Positions 31,388 through 42,242 of a stretch of 64,000 bases of DNA are shown one piece after another. The notes under the pieces are model-generated. The model did no database searches. It was given only the letters and a program-made list of their open reading frames with translations, and was not told the origin of the DNA. Source of the DNA: a virus. The translations under genes and the position numbers were made by a program. How positions within the stretch are numbered: position 1 is the first letter of the stretch; every line of letters begins with the position of its first letter. The stretch is taken from the IMG/VR virus record IMGVR_UViG_3300034683_000333, one strand, 5' to 3'.

Positions 31388-32242
31388 TTATCCCTCGATG
31401 ATCATCTTTTCAAGGGCTTCCCTACAATACTTTGAGCGACGAGTATACCATTTATCAAAATGCTCATTACAGCATCTCGCTAAGAGACGAGCATGTTCCT
31501 TATACCTAATCCTCGATTTATCCCACCACTTGTCAAAATGTTCAGAGCAATATTTAATCAGATATTCAGTATCTTCAATAGTGAGTGTTCTTGGATCATA
31601 CCACTTATCAAAATGTTTGGAACAATATTTAGCTAAATTCTTCACTGAATAGCCATAGATAATGTATTGTGGATTCCACCATTCATCGAAATAATCTGGA
31701 CACCCCAAAGCCAAAAATCTAACATGACTATCGTTTATCCTTTTAGGGTCCCACCAATGATAAAAATACTCAGAACAATACAAAATCAAATCAACATAAT
31801 CACTATCATAATTATATTTATCCTTGTCCCACCATTTAAGAAATTTACCAGAACAAAACCGAGCGAGTTTCCCGGATGCCTTTTTCCAATTGAACTTCTC
31901 CGGGTCCCACCAGATATCAAAATAACCAAAACAATATTCCGCCAACAAACTCGATCCATTTACCCAACAAAAATTCTCCACATCCCACCATTTATGAAAA
32001 TGTTCGTGACAAAATCTGGCAATATGGCCCGACCATGACTTCCAGTTAAATTTATCTGGATTCCACCAGATATCAAAATGATGAGAACAATACTCTATCA
32101 ACTCCAAATAGCCGTCATCATAATTAAAACGATCCCGGTCCCACCATATTTCAAACTTGTCCGGGTAAAACTTTGCCAACTGCCACGAAATATATTTGTA
32201 ATTAACCCGATTCGGATTCCATTCTTTAAAATTAAACGCCAT
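31388..32242 (-). CDS. Trp-rich repeat protein (paralogue 4)
   Basis: Same repeat; SD GGAGGG before ATG 32242. Confidence 0.85.
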   Translation of the reverse strand: MAFNFKEWNPNRVNYKYISWQLAKFYPDKFEIWWDRDRFNYDDGYLELIEYCSHHFDIWWNPDKFNWKSWSGHIARFCHEHFHKWWDVENFCWVNGSSLLAEYCFGYFDIWWDPEKFNWKKASGKLARFCSGKFLKWWDKDKYNYDSDYVDLILYCSEYFYHWWDPKRINDSHVRFLALGCPDYFDEWWNPQYIIYGYSVKNLAKYCSKHFDKWYDPRTLTIEDTEYLIKYCSEHFDKWWDKSRIRYKEHARLLARCCNEHFDKWYTRRSKYCREALEKMIIEG

Positions 32243-32272
32243 AAACACCCTCCGACAAATACATTTAAACAC

Positions 32273-32301
32273 ATATTATCAAAATCAATCAATTCTGTCA
32301 A
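32273..32301 (-). promoter_or_regulatory. sigma70-type promoter driving the repeat-protein cluster
   Basis: TTGACA-17 nt-TAATAT with TG extension. Confidence 0.7.
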
Positions 32302-32390
32302 TATAAAATACACATAATGACAATAGAAAAAAAAACGCCGAGGCATTTCCCCAGCGCTTCTAGTACAATACAGACATATATTAGTATAGA

Positions 32391-34877
32391 TCAACTACAC
32401 TTAGCATATCCGCAACCCAAACACTGAATACACCCATCGTGTTCGATCAATTGCTCTCCACAATTGGGACAAATAACATCGGAACTCACTTGTTGTTGCA
32501 CAAGAAACCTATACTTTTTAAGCGCTCGACTGAGCATTTTGGGATACGAACTGATAGACGAACCGCATTTACTTAACTGCTGGCAGATAAAATCAATGGG
32601 GACTCCGTGGCGAAGATTAGAACTAACCAACCTTGTGATAGCCTGAATTTCATCGTTTGAAACTTCAGAATCGTTCAAACATACCAATTCATTACCATCT
32701 TCATCACAGAAGTAATAGAGCTTTTTCCTATTCTTCCGAATTTTTTTCACATAACCAGTAGATGGAAGCTTTTTACCATCAATATCAACAATGAAAATTT
32801 CATACGGCTTTTCGTTGTAAAGCCCGACAACCACATTGTGACGAAGTAAATAGTGCACCTCCGCTGGCAATTCCACCGGCCTTCTCGGAGCAAAAACGAA
32901 TCGAAGATCATCCGGGCGTGTCGGCTCAATCATTGTGACTGAACCAGATGTTCGTTCCCGATGGGGAAACTCCATGAATAGAATGCCCTCACGGGACCCA
33001 TCACGAAAAACGCTGACGGCTTTCACACCAAGCCTATGCGCCTCGGCATATAGACTTTCAATGGTATTCACGTCAGTATCCGAAGGAAGATTAAACGTCA
33101 CAGAAATGGCACCATCCACGTATCGTTGAACAGTACTGATCAGTCGGAGCTTCACAAACGGATCAACATTGTAAACACTCTTAAGACGACTGATATCAAG
33201 ATATTTTTCAATAACTTTAACGTAGCGTTCGCCGATTGATCCGTCATTGTCTAGAACAGAACCAGGAAATTGTGAAATCAATTCATAATCTATAGAATCT
33301 TTTGGAATACGATCCAAAAGGATATTTTTCACAGTATTTGGAACAACAAAATAATAATCCCACTTCCCTTTATTAACAGCACGAGTGCGACGCCAATAAT
33401 ACCAACCAATCGCTGGCTCAATGCCAGAAGACAACACATCATCACCAAATGTCATTGAAATTGAACCCGTTGGAGCAATCGAAAGCAAAGCACCATTTCT
33501 AATACCAATGGCATAATAATCACGTTCGATGTCTGGATGCATGGAAAACACATCCCTAAGATAGGGTGTTATATGAGCAGAGAGTTGACCATTACTTCGG
33601 AGATTATCCCAGGCCCTACACGAACCACGTTCCCTTGCAAGACGAATCGTTGCACGAAACAGATAATAACGAAACCACTTGAAAAATTCATCTAATGCTC
33701 GAACAGCTTCATCGCTATCATAAATAATGTTTTGATCAAACAACCATCGATGAATATTTGTTACACCAATTCCAACTTCACGCAAATCTTTGATAATTTC
33801 CATTTGTTCTTTCAATGGAGATTTATATTCATGTTCGATTTCATAGGAAATTACATTATCCATAAACCTAACAACGCTATAACAAATATTTTCGAGATAG
33901 TTTTTCATTTTATCGATTTGATTTATATGCGGAACCTTAGCCATATTAAGACTCAACAAGCCACAAATGCTATAAGGCGGTAATGGTTTTTCGGAACAAG
34001 CATTCGTTGAAATAATCTTATATTCAAGTGCCTCTTGGATGCTATTTTTTTTCATAAGATCAATAAATTGGACACCAGGTTCACCAGTTTTCCAAGCATG
34101 TTCGGAAATCTTTGATAAAAGATCACGTGCACGAACAATCTTCTCCTTGGATTCGCCAGTCTCTTCATTGACGAACCTGCAAACGAACGTACCATCTGCC
34201 TCCACAGCCTTCATAAAATCATCGGTAATCTGAACACTAATATTGGCATTATTGATCTCGTTGAGATCGTCCTTGCACGAAATGAATTCTTCAATATCGG
34301 GATGATCTACACGAAGAGAAAAAAGCATTGCAGGACGACGCCCCAATTGACCAACAGAATCCCCAATATGATTGAATAGACGCATCCAGTGGACCGGACC
34401 CTGACTCACCTCTGCGCTATTTCGAATGTTCATCCCACGGGCACGAAGTTTTGAAAAATCCACACCAAGTCCTTGGCGATGGGCGGCGGCCTTGGAGCAC
34501 GAGTACAACGACTTAAAAATATCCTCTAGTGAATCGCCCTCAATGGGAATCGTCGTGCAGTTGAACAGACTCACCTTTCGATCATTGCTAAGCATCCCGG
34601 ACATGATGCTACCGCCAGGCCGCCATTTATCGGAAAGCAACTCGCTTTTCCAGCGCTCAATCCAAAAATCTGCATCATTTTCTTCCCGAACACTAGCAAC
34701 ATTAGCGCACATTTTATGAAAAAATTCAGCAATATCAATTTCTTCTGGAGAAGATGTTCTATCATTTGCAGGAACATACTTATTAATGAAAATATCAATT
34801 TTCATCTGATCATGATTAAAAAACTCGGCAACGGAAATTCCATGGGCAGTTGTGGCATCAATCGCAAGATTCGACAT
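32391..34877 (-). CDS. nrdJ: class II (adenosylcobalamin-dependent) ribonucleotide reductase
   Basis: RPGGSI, LFNC, GEPGVQF, TNACSE, SIAPTGSIS, SGIEP, AISVTFNLP, C-terminal TSCPD-like region and Zn ribbon. Confidence 0.92.
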   Translation of the reverse strand: MSNLAIDATTAHGISVAEFFNHDQMKIDIFINKYVPANDRTSSPEEIDIAEFFHKMCANVASVREENDADFWIERWKSELLSDKWRPGGSIMSGMLSNDRKVSLFNCTTIPIEGDSLEDIFKSLYSCSKAAAHRQGLGVDFSKLRARGMNIRNSAEVSQGPVHWMRLFNHIGDSVGQLGRRPAMLFSLRVDHPDIEEFISCKDDLNEINNANISVQITDDFMKAVEADGTFVCRFVNEETGESKEKIVRARDLLSKISEHAWKTGEPGVQFIDLMKKNSIQEALEYKIISTNACSEKPLPPYSICGLLSLNMAKVPHINQIDKMKNYLENICYSVVRFMDNVISYEIEHEYKSPLKEQMEIIKDLREVGIGVTNIHRWLFDQNIIYDSDEAVRALDEFFKWFRYYLFRATIRLARERGSCRAWDNLRSNGQLSAHITPYLRDVFSMHPDIERDYYAIGIRNGALLSIAPTGSISMTFGDDVLSSGIEPAIGWYYWRRTRAVNKGKWDYYFVVPNTVKNILLDRIPKDSIDYELISQFPGSVLDNDGSIGERYVKVIEKYLDISRLKSVYNVDPFVKLRLISTVQRYVDGAISVTFNLPSDTDVNTIESLYAEAHRLGVKAVSVFRDGSREGILFMEFPHRERTSGSVTMIEPTRPDDLRFVFAPRRPVELPAEVHYLLRHNVVVGLYNEKPYEIFIVDIDGKKLPSTGYVKKIRKNRKKLYYFCDEDGNELVCLNDSEVSNDEIQAITRLVSSNLRHGVPIDFICQQLSKCGSSISSYPKMLSRALKKYRFLVQQQVSSDVICPNCGEQLIEHDGCIQCLGCGYAKCS

Positions 34878-34880
34878 CGT

Positions 34881-35171
34881 TTAGTTACCCCCTTCATTTT
34901 TTCGATCAACAAAACTTGCCTAACAACACCTACAAATCCATCTCATTGAATCAAGATTGCGAAAATCATCCTCACCACAAAACACACACCCAGTTCCATC
35001 CACCCTCGTATTCCACCAATCAATACACCCCTTCTCACTTGGTGAGGGTGGCCCTTGCAAATGACAATTCAGACAACATACTGAAATCTGAAACTACGTG
35101 GATACTACACAAGTCAAATCACTAGAATCACACAAAGGACAATTTAGTAATGTAATGCTACTATCAGTCAT
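34881..35171 (-). CDS. Lar-like (restriction alleviation) double Zn-ribbon protein; TAGs at 35094-35096 and 34920-34922
   Basis: Missing from the ORF track. MTDSSITLLNCPLC..T*FQISVCCLNCHLQGP..IDWWNTR..CVFC..CRCC*ASF fills the sbcC-nrdJ gap exactly. Confidence 0.72.
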
Positions 35172-36768
35172 TTTTATCAACCAAATTTATTAACGTCATA
35201 TTTTCGTTATAAGTACTTCTAATATGTTCAACAATTGCTTCGTTATTTGAAGTAATAATGAATTGTAGAGCTTCAAACAAACTATTTTCAAATAAACCAT
35301 CAATTACTTTAATGCTTCGGTACGGATCAAACACATCAAAGAATTCGTCTAACACAATTGTTTTAAATTGCATGTTGCGTGTAAGATGCAATGACAACAT
35401 CATCGTCAAGGCAACAATACGCTTCTTACTCGTGCTCAATCCGCTATAATAGATACCATCAAACACGGGTTCATCGTATTTACCAAGATTTAATTCAATA
35501 TCAATATGTTCATCAGTCAACAACGAATAAATTTCAGTATATAGCTGTTCAAATTGAGCAATTGTATACTTTTGATATCGTTCAATGTTTTCTTTATCGA
35601 ACACTTTATCATAAATTTTCTTGAATCTAAGGAATTGCGTTTCTGTTTCACGCAGTTCACGCTTCTTATCATCAAGAAGACGTTCCAGTGTCTCAATTTC
35701 ACCCGTTCGTTTGGATAATTGGCTACTCAATTGCTTCGATTCTTGGATTAGTTCCCAAAGACGTTTTCGAATCGCTTCATACTTTTGATTTGCATCGGAA
35801 AGTTTTTTCGACAATTCTCCAATCTTCTCCCTACATTCATTGATAACGGACTCATTGGAACGAATCCCGTTTTCGATGATCGAGGCATCCCCATCAAACG
35901 GACGACCGCACGTAAAACAAGTCCCCGTTTCCTTGAATTTAAGATATTTTTTGATTTCTGTTTCGTGTTGTTTCGCTCGCCCCCTAAGAGACGTAATTTC
36001 ATTATTGAGAGACGAGATTGCTTTATTTGCCGCTTCCTCGTAACCACGCCCCTTTTCAATGCGTTTTTCGAGTTCTTCCAACTGTTTTTTTAGTTCAGCT
36101 TGTTCCTCGTCAGATAACGAATCACGTTTAACCTGTATAATTTTTTGTTCAATAGAAACAAGATCCTTGTTCAACAACTGAATACTAGCTTCAAAATCAG
36201 AATAAACACTACGAAAAACCTTTATTACATTATCAAAACTCATCTTCAGCATGTTCAATATAGCACCCTTTTCCTGCATAACGTTCTTCATGGGATTGAA
36301 CACGCTGATGAGATCAAAGAATTCCAAATCACAATTGAGAGATTTTAGAGCATCCTTAAGTTTTAGATGCTTTACTCCAGAAAGATCAACAAGATCGGGA
36401 ATAAGATGTGCATTGTCTGGACTACCATCTCCATTAAGTAACGCAACAACAATATTCTGTTTAAATTTAGAGTGGTTGACATACCTTTTCAACCCAAGTT
36501 GTCCACCCTGATCCAAATTCAATACAACCGATGCAAACACATCACCGTCTGGAATATTCACGTTTACAACGTCTTGGAGTTTACGAAATCGGATTCGTTT
36601 TTGGAAAATGTATTTCAGGGTATCAACAGCCAAAACGCTTTTACCAGACTCGTTTCGCCCGGTAATGACATTGATTCTCGAAAGTTCGTAATCACGAACC
36701 CCATCGAAAATCATAAAATTAGAAACTGACAATTTCCTAATATTCATCAAACACCTCCAAAAAGCCAA
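35164..36768 (-). CDS. SbcC/Rad50/gp46-like SMC ATPase
   Basis: ITGRNESGKS, coiled coils, CFTC hook, LSTS signature, IVLDEFFD. Confidence 0.9.
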   Translation of the reverse strand: MAFWRCLMNIRKLSVSNFMIFDGVRDYELSRINVITGRNESGKSVLAVDTLKYIFQKRIRFRKLQDVVNVNIPDGDVFASVVLNLDQGGQLGLKRYVNHSKFKQNIVVALLNGDGSPDNAHLIPDLVDLSGVKHLKLKDALKSLNCDLEFFDLISVFNPMKNVMQEKGAILNMLKMSFDNVIKVFRSVYSDFEASIQLLNKDLVSIEQKIIQVKRDSLSDEEQAELKKQLEELEKRIEKGRGYEEAANKAISSLNNEITSLRGRAKQHETEIKKYLKFKETGTCFTCGRPFDGDASIIENGIRSNESVINECREKIGELSKKLSDANQKYEAIRKRLWELIQESKQLSSQLSKRTGEIETLERLLDDKKRELRETETQFLRFKKIYDKVFDKENIERYQKYTIAQFEQLYTEIYSLLTDEHIDIELNLGKYDEPVFDGIYYSGLSTSKKRIVALTMMLSLHLTRNMQFKTIVLDEFFDVFDPYRSIKVIDGLFENSLFEALQFIITSNNEAIVEHIRSTYNENMTLINLVDKND

Positions 36769-37149
36769 TTATTCAATGGCTTTAATCTTTAGAGTATGCG
36801 AACCACTCCTCTTGGGCGACTTGAGCTTAACCAGTTTGTTCTTGTCTGTCAAGGATTTTTTAATTATCGCTTCATCCGACTCTTCTTCATCTAGAAGTTC
36901 CATAATAATACTATGATAATTTCTTAGAACACTCATTTCATCCTTAAATATGTGTGGAAAAGTATGTAGCAAATAATTTGATTCTTCTAAAATTCTATTC
37001 CTCATTATATCATCAATTCTACCTGTAGCAATCATTGGATCTGATACAGGCAAAAGATATTTGACAATATAATTTTGCCATATGTGTTTAAACAACACAA
37101 ACAGCTTTCGACTTATCGAAAGAGTTTTACTTACCATAGCCATCTCCAT
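36769..37149 (-). CDS. hypothetical protein
   Basis: Co-oriented operon member. Confidence 0.65.
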   Translation of the reverse strand: MEMAMVSKTLSISRKLFVLFKHIWQNYIVKYLLPVSDPMIATGRIDDIMRNRILEESNYLLHTFPHIFKDEMSVLRNYHSIIMELLDEEESDEAIIKKSLTDKNKLVKLKSPKRSGSHTLKIKAIE

Positions 37150-37160
37150 GCAATAAACTA

Positions 37161-37598
37161 TTATTGAACAATTGAAAATGGATGAAACACATTTACAAGA
37201 TGCGAATCAGGTAGCTCGGTAAAAATATAGTTTTTCTTCGCAATAATCCACATAAGCCACTTAAATTGTTTCATCGTGACCGTCGATGGGTCCACGTCAA
37301 TACCAAGAAATTCCAACACGTCTTGGATAAGATTGTGCTCACTTGATTGTAGAAGATCGGCCATGGTCGCATTGGGACTATCCGCAATCACTTTGCGCCA
37401 TTTTTCTTGTAATGGTGCAAAATCCAGTGCGTCCTTGATTGCAAAATCCCCAATGGCGTAGGTCTCTTGGCCTAAAATGACATACTCAACACCACTTCCA
37501 AGCTCGCTTTGAATGAGATTCAGTTTTTCACGCTCTTCATTTGTCAATTCATCGACGTTTACTTTCTGAACAATTGGCATTTTCACATCTCCTTTCAT
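37161..37598 (-). CDS. hypothetical protein
   Basis: SD AAAGGAG; co-oriented. Confidence 0.7.
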   Translation of the reverse strand: MKGDVKMPIVQKVNVDELTNEEREKLNLIQSELGSGVEYVILGQETYAIGDFAIKDALDFAPLQEKWRKVIADSPNATMADLLQSSEHNLIQDVLEFLGIDVDPSTVTMKQFKWLMWIIAKKNYIFTELPDSHLVNVFHPFSIVQ

Positions 37599-37684
37599 TT
37601 TTTACGTTTTCTATTTACACCAACCTGGTGTATTACTCACGCTCCTCAACCAGTGAAAAAATTTTTGTAAAACTTATTGAAATC

Positions 37685-38305
37685 CTACTCCTCACAAACT
37701 TTTAAATCAAGAACAGGATCAATCAAATAAACATCATCTTCGTGAGTCATCTTTAACTCACCATGAATAAAAACAGGTGGATTTTCCTTAAAATTCGGAA
37801 CTTGTCGGTAATGATTTTTCATCATATAAACACACAATCGCCAATAAAGTTCCGTCATCGCCAAAACCTTCACATATTGGCGTTGCCTCACCTCACCACC
37901 AACGGCAAAATCCCCAATGATTGTATATTTTACATCAAGAAATTCGTTGGGAACCAAACTAAAATCATAAAATAGATAAAACTGTCTTACATGTTCCATC
38001 ATTGGTGCATTACCAAACAACAACTGACGCACACGCCACTTACTACGCCCATGAAGATCGTGAATCAGGTTCCATTCACCAATCAATGGAGACGACACAT
38101 CAAATCGTGCAATCCGATGATAAAACTCAGGTCTAAATGGATTCGTCCGATGCAACCACCGGGTTCCCTCGATCAGTTCCTTGCGTGAATAGGGATGATA
38201 ATTCACGATACGAAAATTATGAACCGTCGAAGTAAAATCATATACAAAGGTTGCATCACTTGGTATTACCTGCAATGAAGGTAAATCATCATATATTTTT
38301 ATCAT
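37685..38305 (-). CDS. hypothetical protein (ends at TAG; readthrough would add 13 residues)
   Basis: 206-codon ORF with ATGA overlap upstream. Confidence 0.7.
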   Translation of the reverse strand: MIKIYDDLPSLQVIPSDATFVYDFTSTVHNFRIVNYHPYSRKELIEGTRWLHRTNPFRPEFYHRIARFDVSSPLIGEWNLIHDLHGRSKWRVRQLLFGNAPMMEHVRQFYLFYDFSLVPNEFLDVKYTIIGDFAVGGEVRQRQYVKVLAMTELYWRLCVYMMKNHYRQVPNFKENPPVFIHGELKMTHEDDVYLIDPVLDLKVCEE

Positions 38306-38934
38306 AATTTTTTTGCTGTAACATAATCGTATTCAAGTAAAAGTGGAAATGGCTTTAGATCATTATTCACAATAACTAATGAATTTTTTGGCTTATCTGC
38401 AACATTTATTGACAAATTATAGATATCCAGATATACACCATCTTTAATTGCATCGTTTACGTCTATATCAATTTCCTTAATTTCATAGTGTTCTTCAGGA
38501 ATAACAGTATAATGTTTATTGCCAATCCTAAACAGCAAACAGTCGTAGACGTTGTACTCGCTAAATAACTTAATAACATCAGCATAATCAAGTTTTTTAG
38601 TTTTTAGTTGATCTTTAACATCCATCATTTCCTTGACTTGGGAAATGTACTTTATGAACTCATCTTCTTCATTTACATTTTCAATAACAACTTCAGATGC
38701 CGCCTCATTTCCAGCCAATACACCAAAATCAAACAAAAATTTATTAAAATTAAATGTAAGAATTAATTTTCTTCCCCACCGATTTATCCATATCACATAC
38801 TTCGAAAAAGACCCAAAAATGCTCTCGTATATGGCGACATCCTGTTTGGACGTAGTATCCAACACCAACGACTTATAGCGATCCATCCCGTGCTTAAGAC
38901 CAGAAAATGATCCAAGTACTCGCAATGCAATCAT
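38302..38934 (-). CDS. hypothetical protein
   Basis: SD GGAGG; follows the portal gene. Confidence 0.7.
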   Translation of the reverse strand: MIALRVLGSFSGLKHGMDRYKSLVLDTTSKQDVAIYESIFGSFSKYVIWINRWGRKLILTFNFNKFLFDFGVLAGNEAASEVVIENVNEEDEFIKYISQVKEMMDVKDQLKTKKLDYADVIKLFSEYNVYDCLLFRIGNKHYTVIPEEHYEIKEIDIDVNDAIKDGVYLDIYNLSINVADKPKNSLVIVNNDLKPFPLLLEYDYVTAKKL

Positions 38935-38949
38935 TCCAAAATTCCTCCA

Positions 38950-41298
38950 TCATTCATCAATAGTAAAGCCAAACTTCATTCTTCGACCAACAACGTCCCC
39001 AATCCGTTTCCAATCTAGAAATTGTCTGGAACTATTGAAATCTTCAAGAACACCGCTTGCATCCGTTTCACCCTCACTTTCATTTCCAATGCTCTCGGCA
39101 GGAACCGACGATGAAGCATCTTCCTCCAACATAAACTCTTCGGACACAATCGCCATAATCTCTTCCTGTAGAGCATTAAGATTCGTCTCCTCATTTACCA
39201 GGATTTCATCGGGATCATACTCTGGATAAGCGTGTTTCAAAATCCATCTTGGATTGAGTTGTGTTCCAGTCGTGAAGAGAGTTATGATGTTTGAGATTTT
39301 TAGTTGACGAATGTTTTCTGTTTTTTCTCTGTCAAAAAGATATTCATCAATAAGATTTTCTATATGAACTGTAATTTTATCAAATTCCGGTTTCACGGAA
39401 CGGCGATATCCTCTATAAGAAATCGACACATCCGCCAAAATACTATGTAGATAAAACTGCACACAACACTTAATCTCTCCAACGGCTGAATTCAATCTAG
39501 ACGAAAACATAAGATTTCCGAATTGCACAACTTCCCGTGGGAGTTGCTTTAGACTCAACAATGACGAGCCACTGGATGACATCCACCGGGGAAATCGAAA
39601 TGTAGACATAATCTTATCAATTAGCATCGTATGAAGTGTTTCGTATTTTTGATCGGGGACATCGAGGCGCACATTTTCAATCCTAGAATCACGACTCAAC
39701 TTCGGTACATAACTCACAGCCATGCCCACATTTTTCAAAATATTCATCGCCGTGTTTTCGATATTATCTTCACCGGGTGACATTACATTTGAGTCCAAAA
39801 CAAGCTTGCTTTCAATGTTGTTGATAATCATGTTCATCACTGACAATGAGTCAAGAACGTTTTTATCTTCTTCGTTTGTTTGATAATCCATATCAAATAC
39901 AGGAATTTGAAGAATATTTACAGCCTTACTTTTGAGAATATCATTCATTACAATAAGAATTTCCAACAAATCCAGCAAATATAAGTACCATGATGCTTTA
40001 ACGATATTTGGAACGGGCATCATAACCGTTGGATCAAGTGAAAATAGATAACAGTAGTGAGTCTTATTAAGAATCTTTATTTCATCATCCTTAGTACGAA
40101 CGGCGAAAATAAACTCATTGTTTTGTGGATTTGTGGGTTTATAGAGCTTGATTTGTGTTGGATCATAAACATGAATAGTGTGTGTCTTTTTATCAATCGT
40201 GACAACAGAATATCCATAAAGATCAGCAATCTTTACGGCATATTTCATTTTTTTGATCACCGAAGCGCCCACACGATCACGAATAATCTCCTGTACTTCG
40301 CTGATAAGATGATTGAGTTGTGATTCCACATCCTTATAGATTTCATCGTAAAGTTCCACTTTAAGATCGTTCAAATGAACATCTGAATCGAAAACAGGAC
40401 GGAAAGATGTCGAACTCAACTCTTGTTCGAGTAAGCCAAGACCTGGAACCCCCTCATCACTTCCCGTCGTATCCATGGGTTCACTTGTCGATGTTGAATC
40501 TTCCGAATAGGAAAAATCACTGAATAGACTATCAACACTTGTATCATCAAGTTTTTCAGATTCTTCCTTTAACTTCTTTTCGTATTCTTTTTGTTTTTTC
40601 TCCTGCTGTTTTCTAACTCGATCTTTGAAAAGCTTCACGAAGAACTTATATATAAAATCATCATTGAATTCAATATCGACATCAATTTTATTTTTGAGAA
40701 TACACATATCAGAAAAAACAGTAAACATTTCGATAATATCTGGAAATCTTTTTGTATAATACTGAACAAGTGAACTTACATTATACTGATATTCAACAAA
40801 TTCATACCCTTTGATATCGGGATGATCCATCTTCTTTTCTGCAAATTGATTCTTTTGAAATTTAATTTCTCCAAAAATGTACTTCCCTTTACCATCGAGA
40901 GAGGCTTCCTTGGAAATTCTTGCGCTATCCATGGATGCTATGTTCGGTGTTGGTGACACAAAACTAACTGGAACCTTCGACACATAATTCTTAATAACTT
41001 CAGAATATGTGTTGTATGATCGAATAATAGACTTCGAAATCGTAGTTACAAAAGACTCTTCTCCCCCTCTACTACCCAAAACGTTTGCCATAGCAACGCT
41101 AATGAGCCGTGGATCGACATCCAAAAGAGACTTCATTTCATCGGTGACATCTTGTACAATTTTCTTTTTAGTATTAACGTCATCCGTTTTGGTTTTTCTT
41201 GTGTCTTTTTTTGTTTTAGGCGAGGTGGAAGAGGTTGATTTTGTCTTCTTTACCGCCTCACGTTTCGTTTCCGTCGTATCCTTTTTTCTAGTTGCCAT
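38950..41298 (-). CDS. putative portal protein (T4 gp20-like) with long charged N-terminus
   Basis: YG..VYDPTQIK, KASWYLYLLDLLEILI..ILQIP, KIMSTFRFPRW resemble gp20 blocks (recalled pattern). Confidence 0.6.
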   Translation of the reverse strand: MATRKKDTTETKREAVKKTKSTSSTSPKTKKDTRKTKTDDVNTKKKIVQDVTDEMKSLLDVDPRLISVAMANVLGSRGGEESFVTTISKSIIRSYNTYSEVIKNYVSKVPVSFVSPTPNIASMDSARISKEASLDGKGKYIFGEIKFQKNQFAEKKMDHPDIKGYEFVEYQYNVSSLVQYYTKRFPDIIEMFTVFSDMCILKNKIDVDIEFNDDFIYKFFVKLFKDRVRKQQEKKQKEYEKKLKEESEKLDDTSVDSLFSDFSYSEDSTSTSEPMDTTGSDEGVPGLGLLEQELSSTSFRPVFDSDVHLNDLKVELYDEIYKDVESQLNHLISEVQEIIRDRVGASVIKKMKYAVKIADLYGYSVVTIDKKTHTIHVYDPTQIKLYKPTNPQNNEFIFAVRTKDDEIKILNKTHYCYLFSLDPTVMMPVPNIVKASWYLYLLDLLEILIVMNDILKSKAVNILQIPVFDMDYQTNEEDKNVLDSLSVMNMIINNIESKLVLDSNVMSPGEDNIENTAMNILKNVGMAVSYVPKLSRDSRIENVRLDVPDQKYETLHTMLIDKIMSTFRFPRWMSSSGSSLLSLKQLPREVVQFGNLMFSSRLNSAVGEIKCCVQFYLHSILADVSISYRGYRRSVKPEFDKITVHIENLIDEYLFDREKTENIRQLKISNIITLFTTGTQLNPRWILKHAYPEYDPDEILVNEETNLNALQEEIMAIVSEEFMLEEDASSSVPAESIGNESEGETDASGVLEDFNSSRQFLDWKRIGDVVGRRMKFGFTIDE

Positions 41299-41352
41299 AT
41301 TGAAAACATCTCCTATTTGGATTTTTTATATGCATATTATGTGTTTATTTTA

Positions 41353-42216
41353 TCACACAATGAACAACCAGAAGAATCGTTTCTTAAGTTCACTATCGAA
41401 TAAACGCTTGTATTTTTTACTCGTGTTTTGAAGGTTCTTTACCACATTATTGTATCCATTGGCGACCGTGGGAATGGCCTATTGCAAGGCTCCGATCACG
41501 GTACTCCCTTGGGTAAACGAAATGGAAATCTCACCACCAAACGACACCGAACTTACACCGGAATTCAAAAGATTCGTCTGATCCGTGTTCCGTAGTGAAT
41601 TGAGAACCGTCCCAAGAAACTCGTCCAATACCCCCATAGTGCTCATGTCAAGCCCGTTAATCATCCAATCGGTGATTTTCCACATGGAATACGCCTTTAG
41701 TGCCTTGAAATCACTTGGCATGATCAGACTGCTACCAGGATCATCATAATTAAATTGTAAATTATTCATGACGAGAAAAACCAGAATGTATCTATCATCT
41801 GGATTTAATTCATAAAAGTATGTATTGCGTTCCCCATCAAACAAAACAACGGGGTTGATTGTATAGCTATTAGACTTGTGGGAAAACCACATAATTTGTT
41901 GAACCAACTCGATGTTTGAAATGTAGACAACACCTTCTTGAGGAATTTCAGATACATACTTCATGATTTGTTGAATATTGCGATCCTGCTTAATCAGAAA
42001 AACATGTGTCAAAAAAGTCGTGCTATCATATCCTGTCAAGTCCAGTAACGGGTAAAATCGTTGTTTGTAGTTGATTGCGACCGTTCTAGCATGTGGATAA
42101 TCCCTGTTGAAAGACGGAAGCACATACAAACGCATCAGATTTTCAAATTCTGATCTCGAAATTGTAACACGAGTCTCAAATAAAATCTGGTCATAAAGAT
42201 CGTTAAGATTAAACAT
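41353..42216 (-). CDS. putative neck/head-completion protein; TAG at 41479-41481 read through
   Basis: Next to the portal. Readthrough adds 42 codons (GALQ*AIPTVANGYNNVVKNLQ..) up to TGA 41353. Confidence 0.55.
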
Positions 42217-42242
42217 CTTTTTCTCTCCCCGTAATGGGCGTT

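Noticed and set aside
28500-32272. CRISPR array or diversity-generating retroelement
   Set aside because: Repeats are degenerate protein-coding units with no identical nucleotide repeat-spacer pattern; no RT or adenine-specific template/variable pair is visible.
37608-37646. Tiny ORF MSNTPGWCK*KT between genes
   Set aside because: Too short to support; no recognisable motif.
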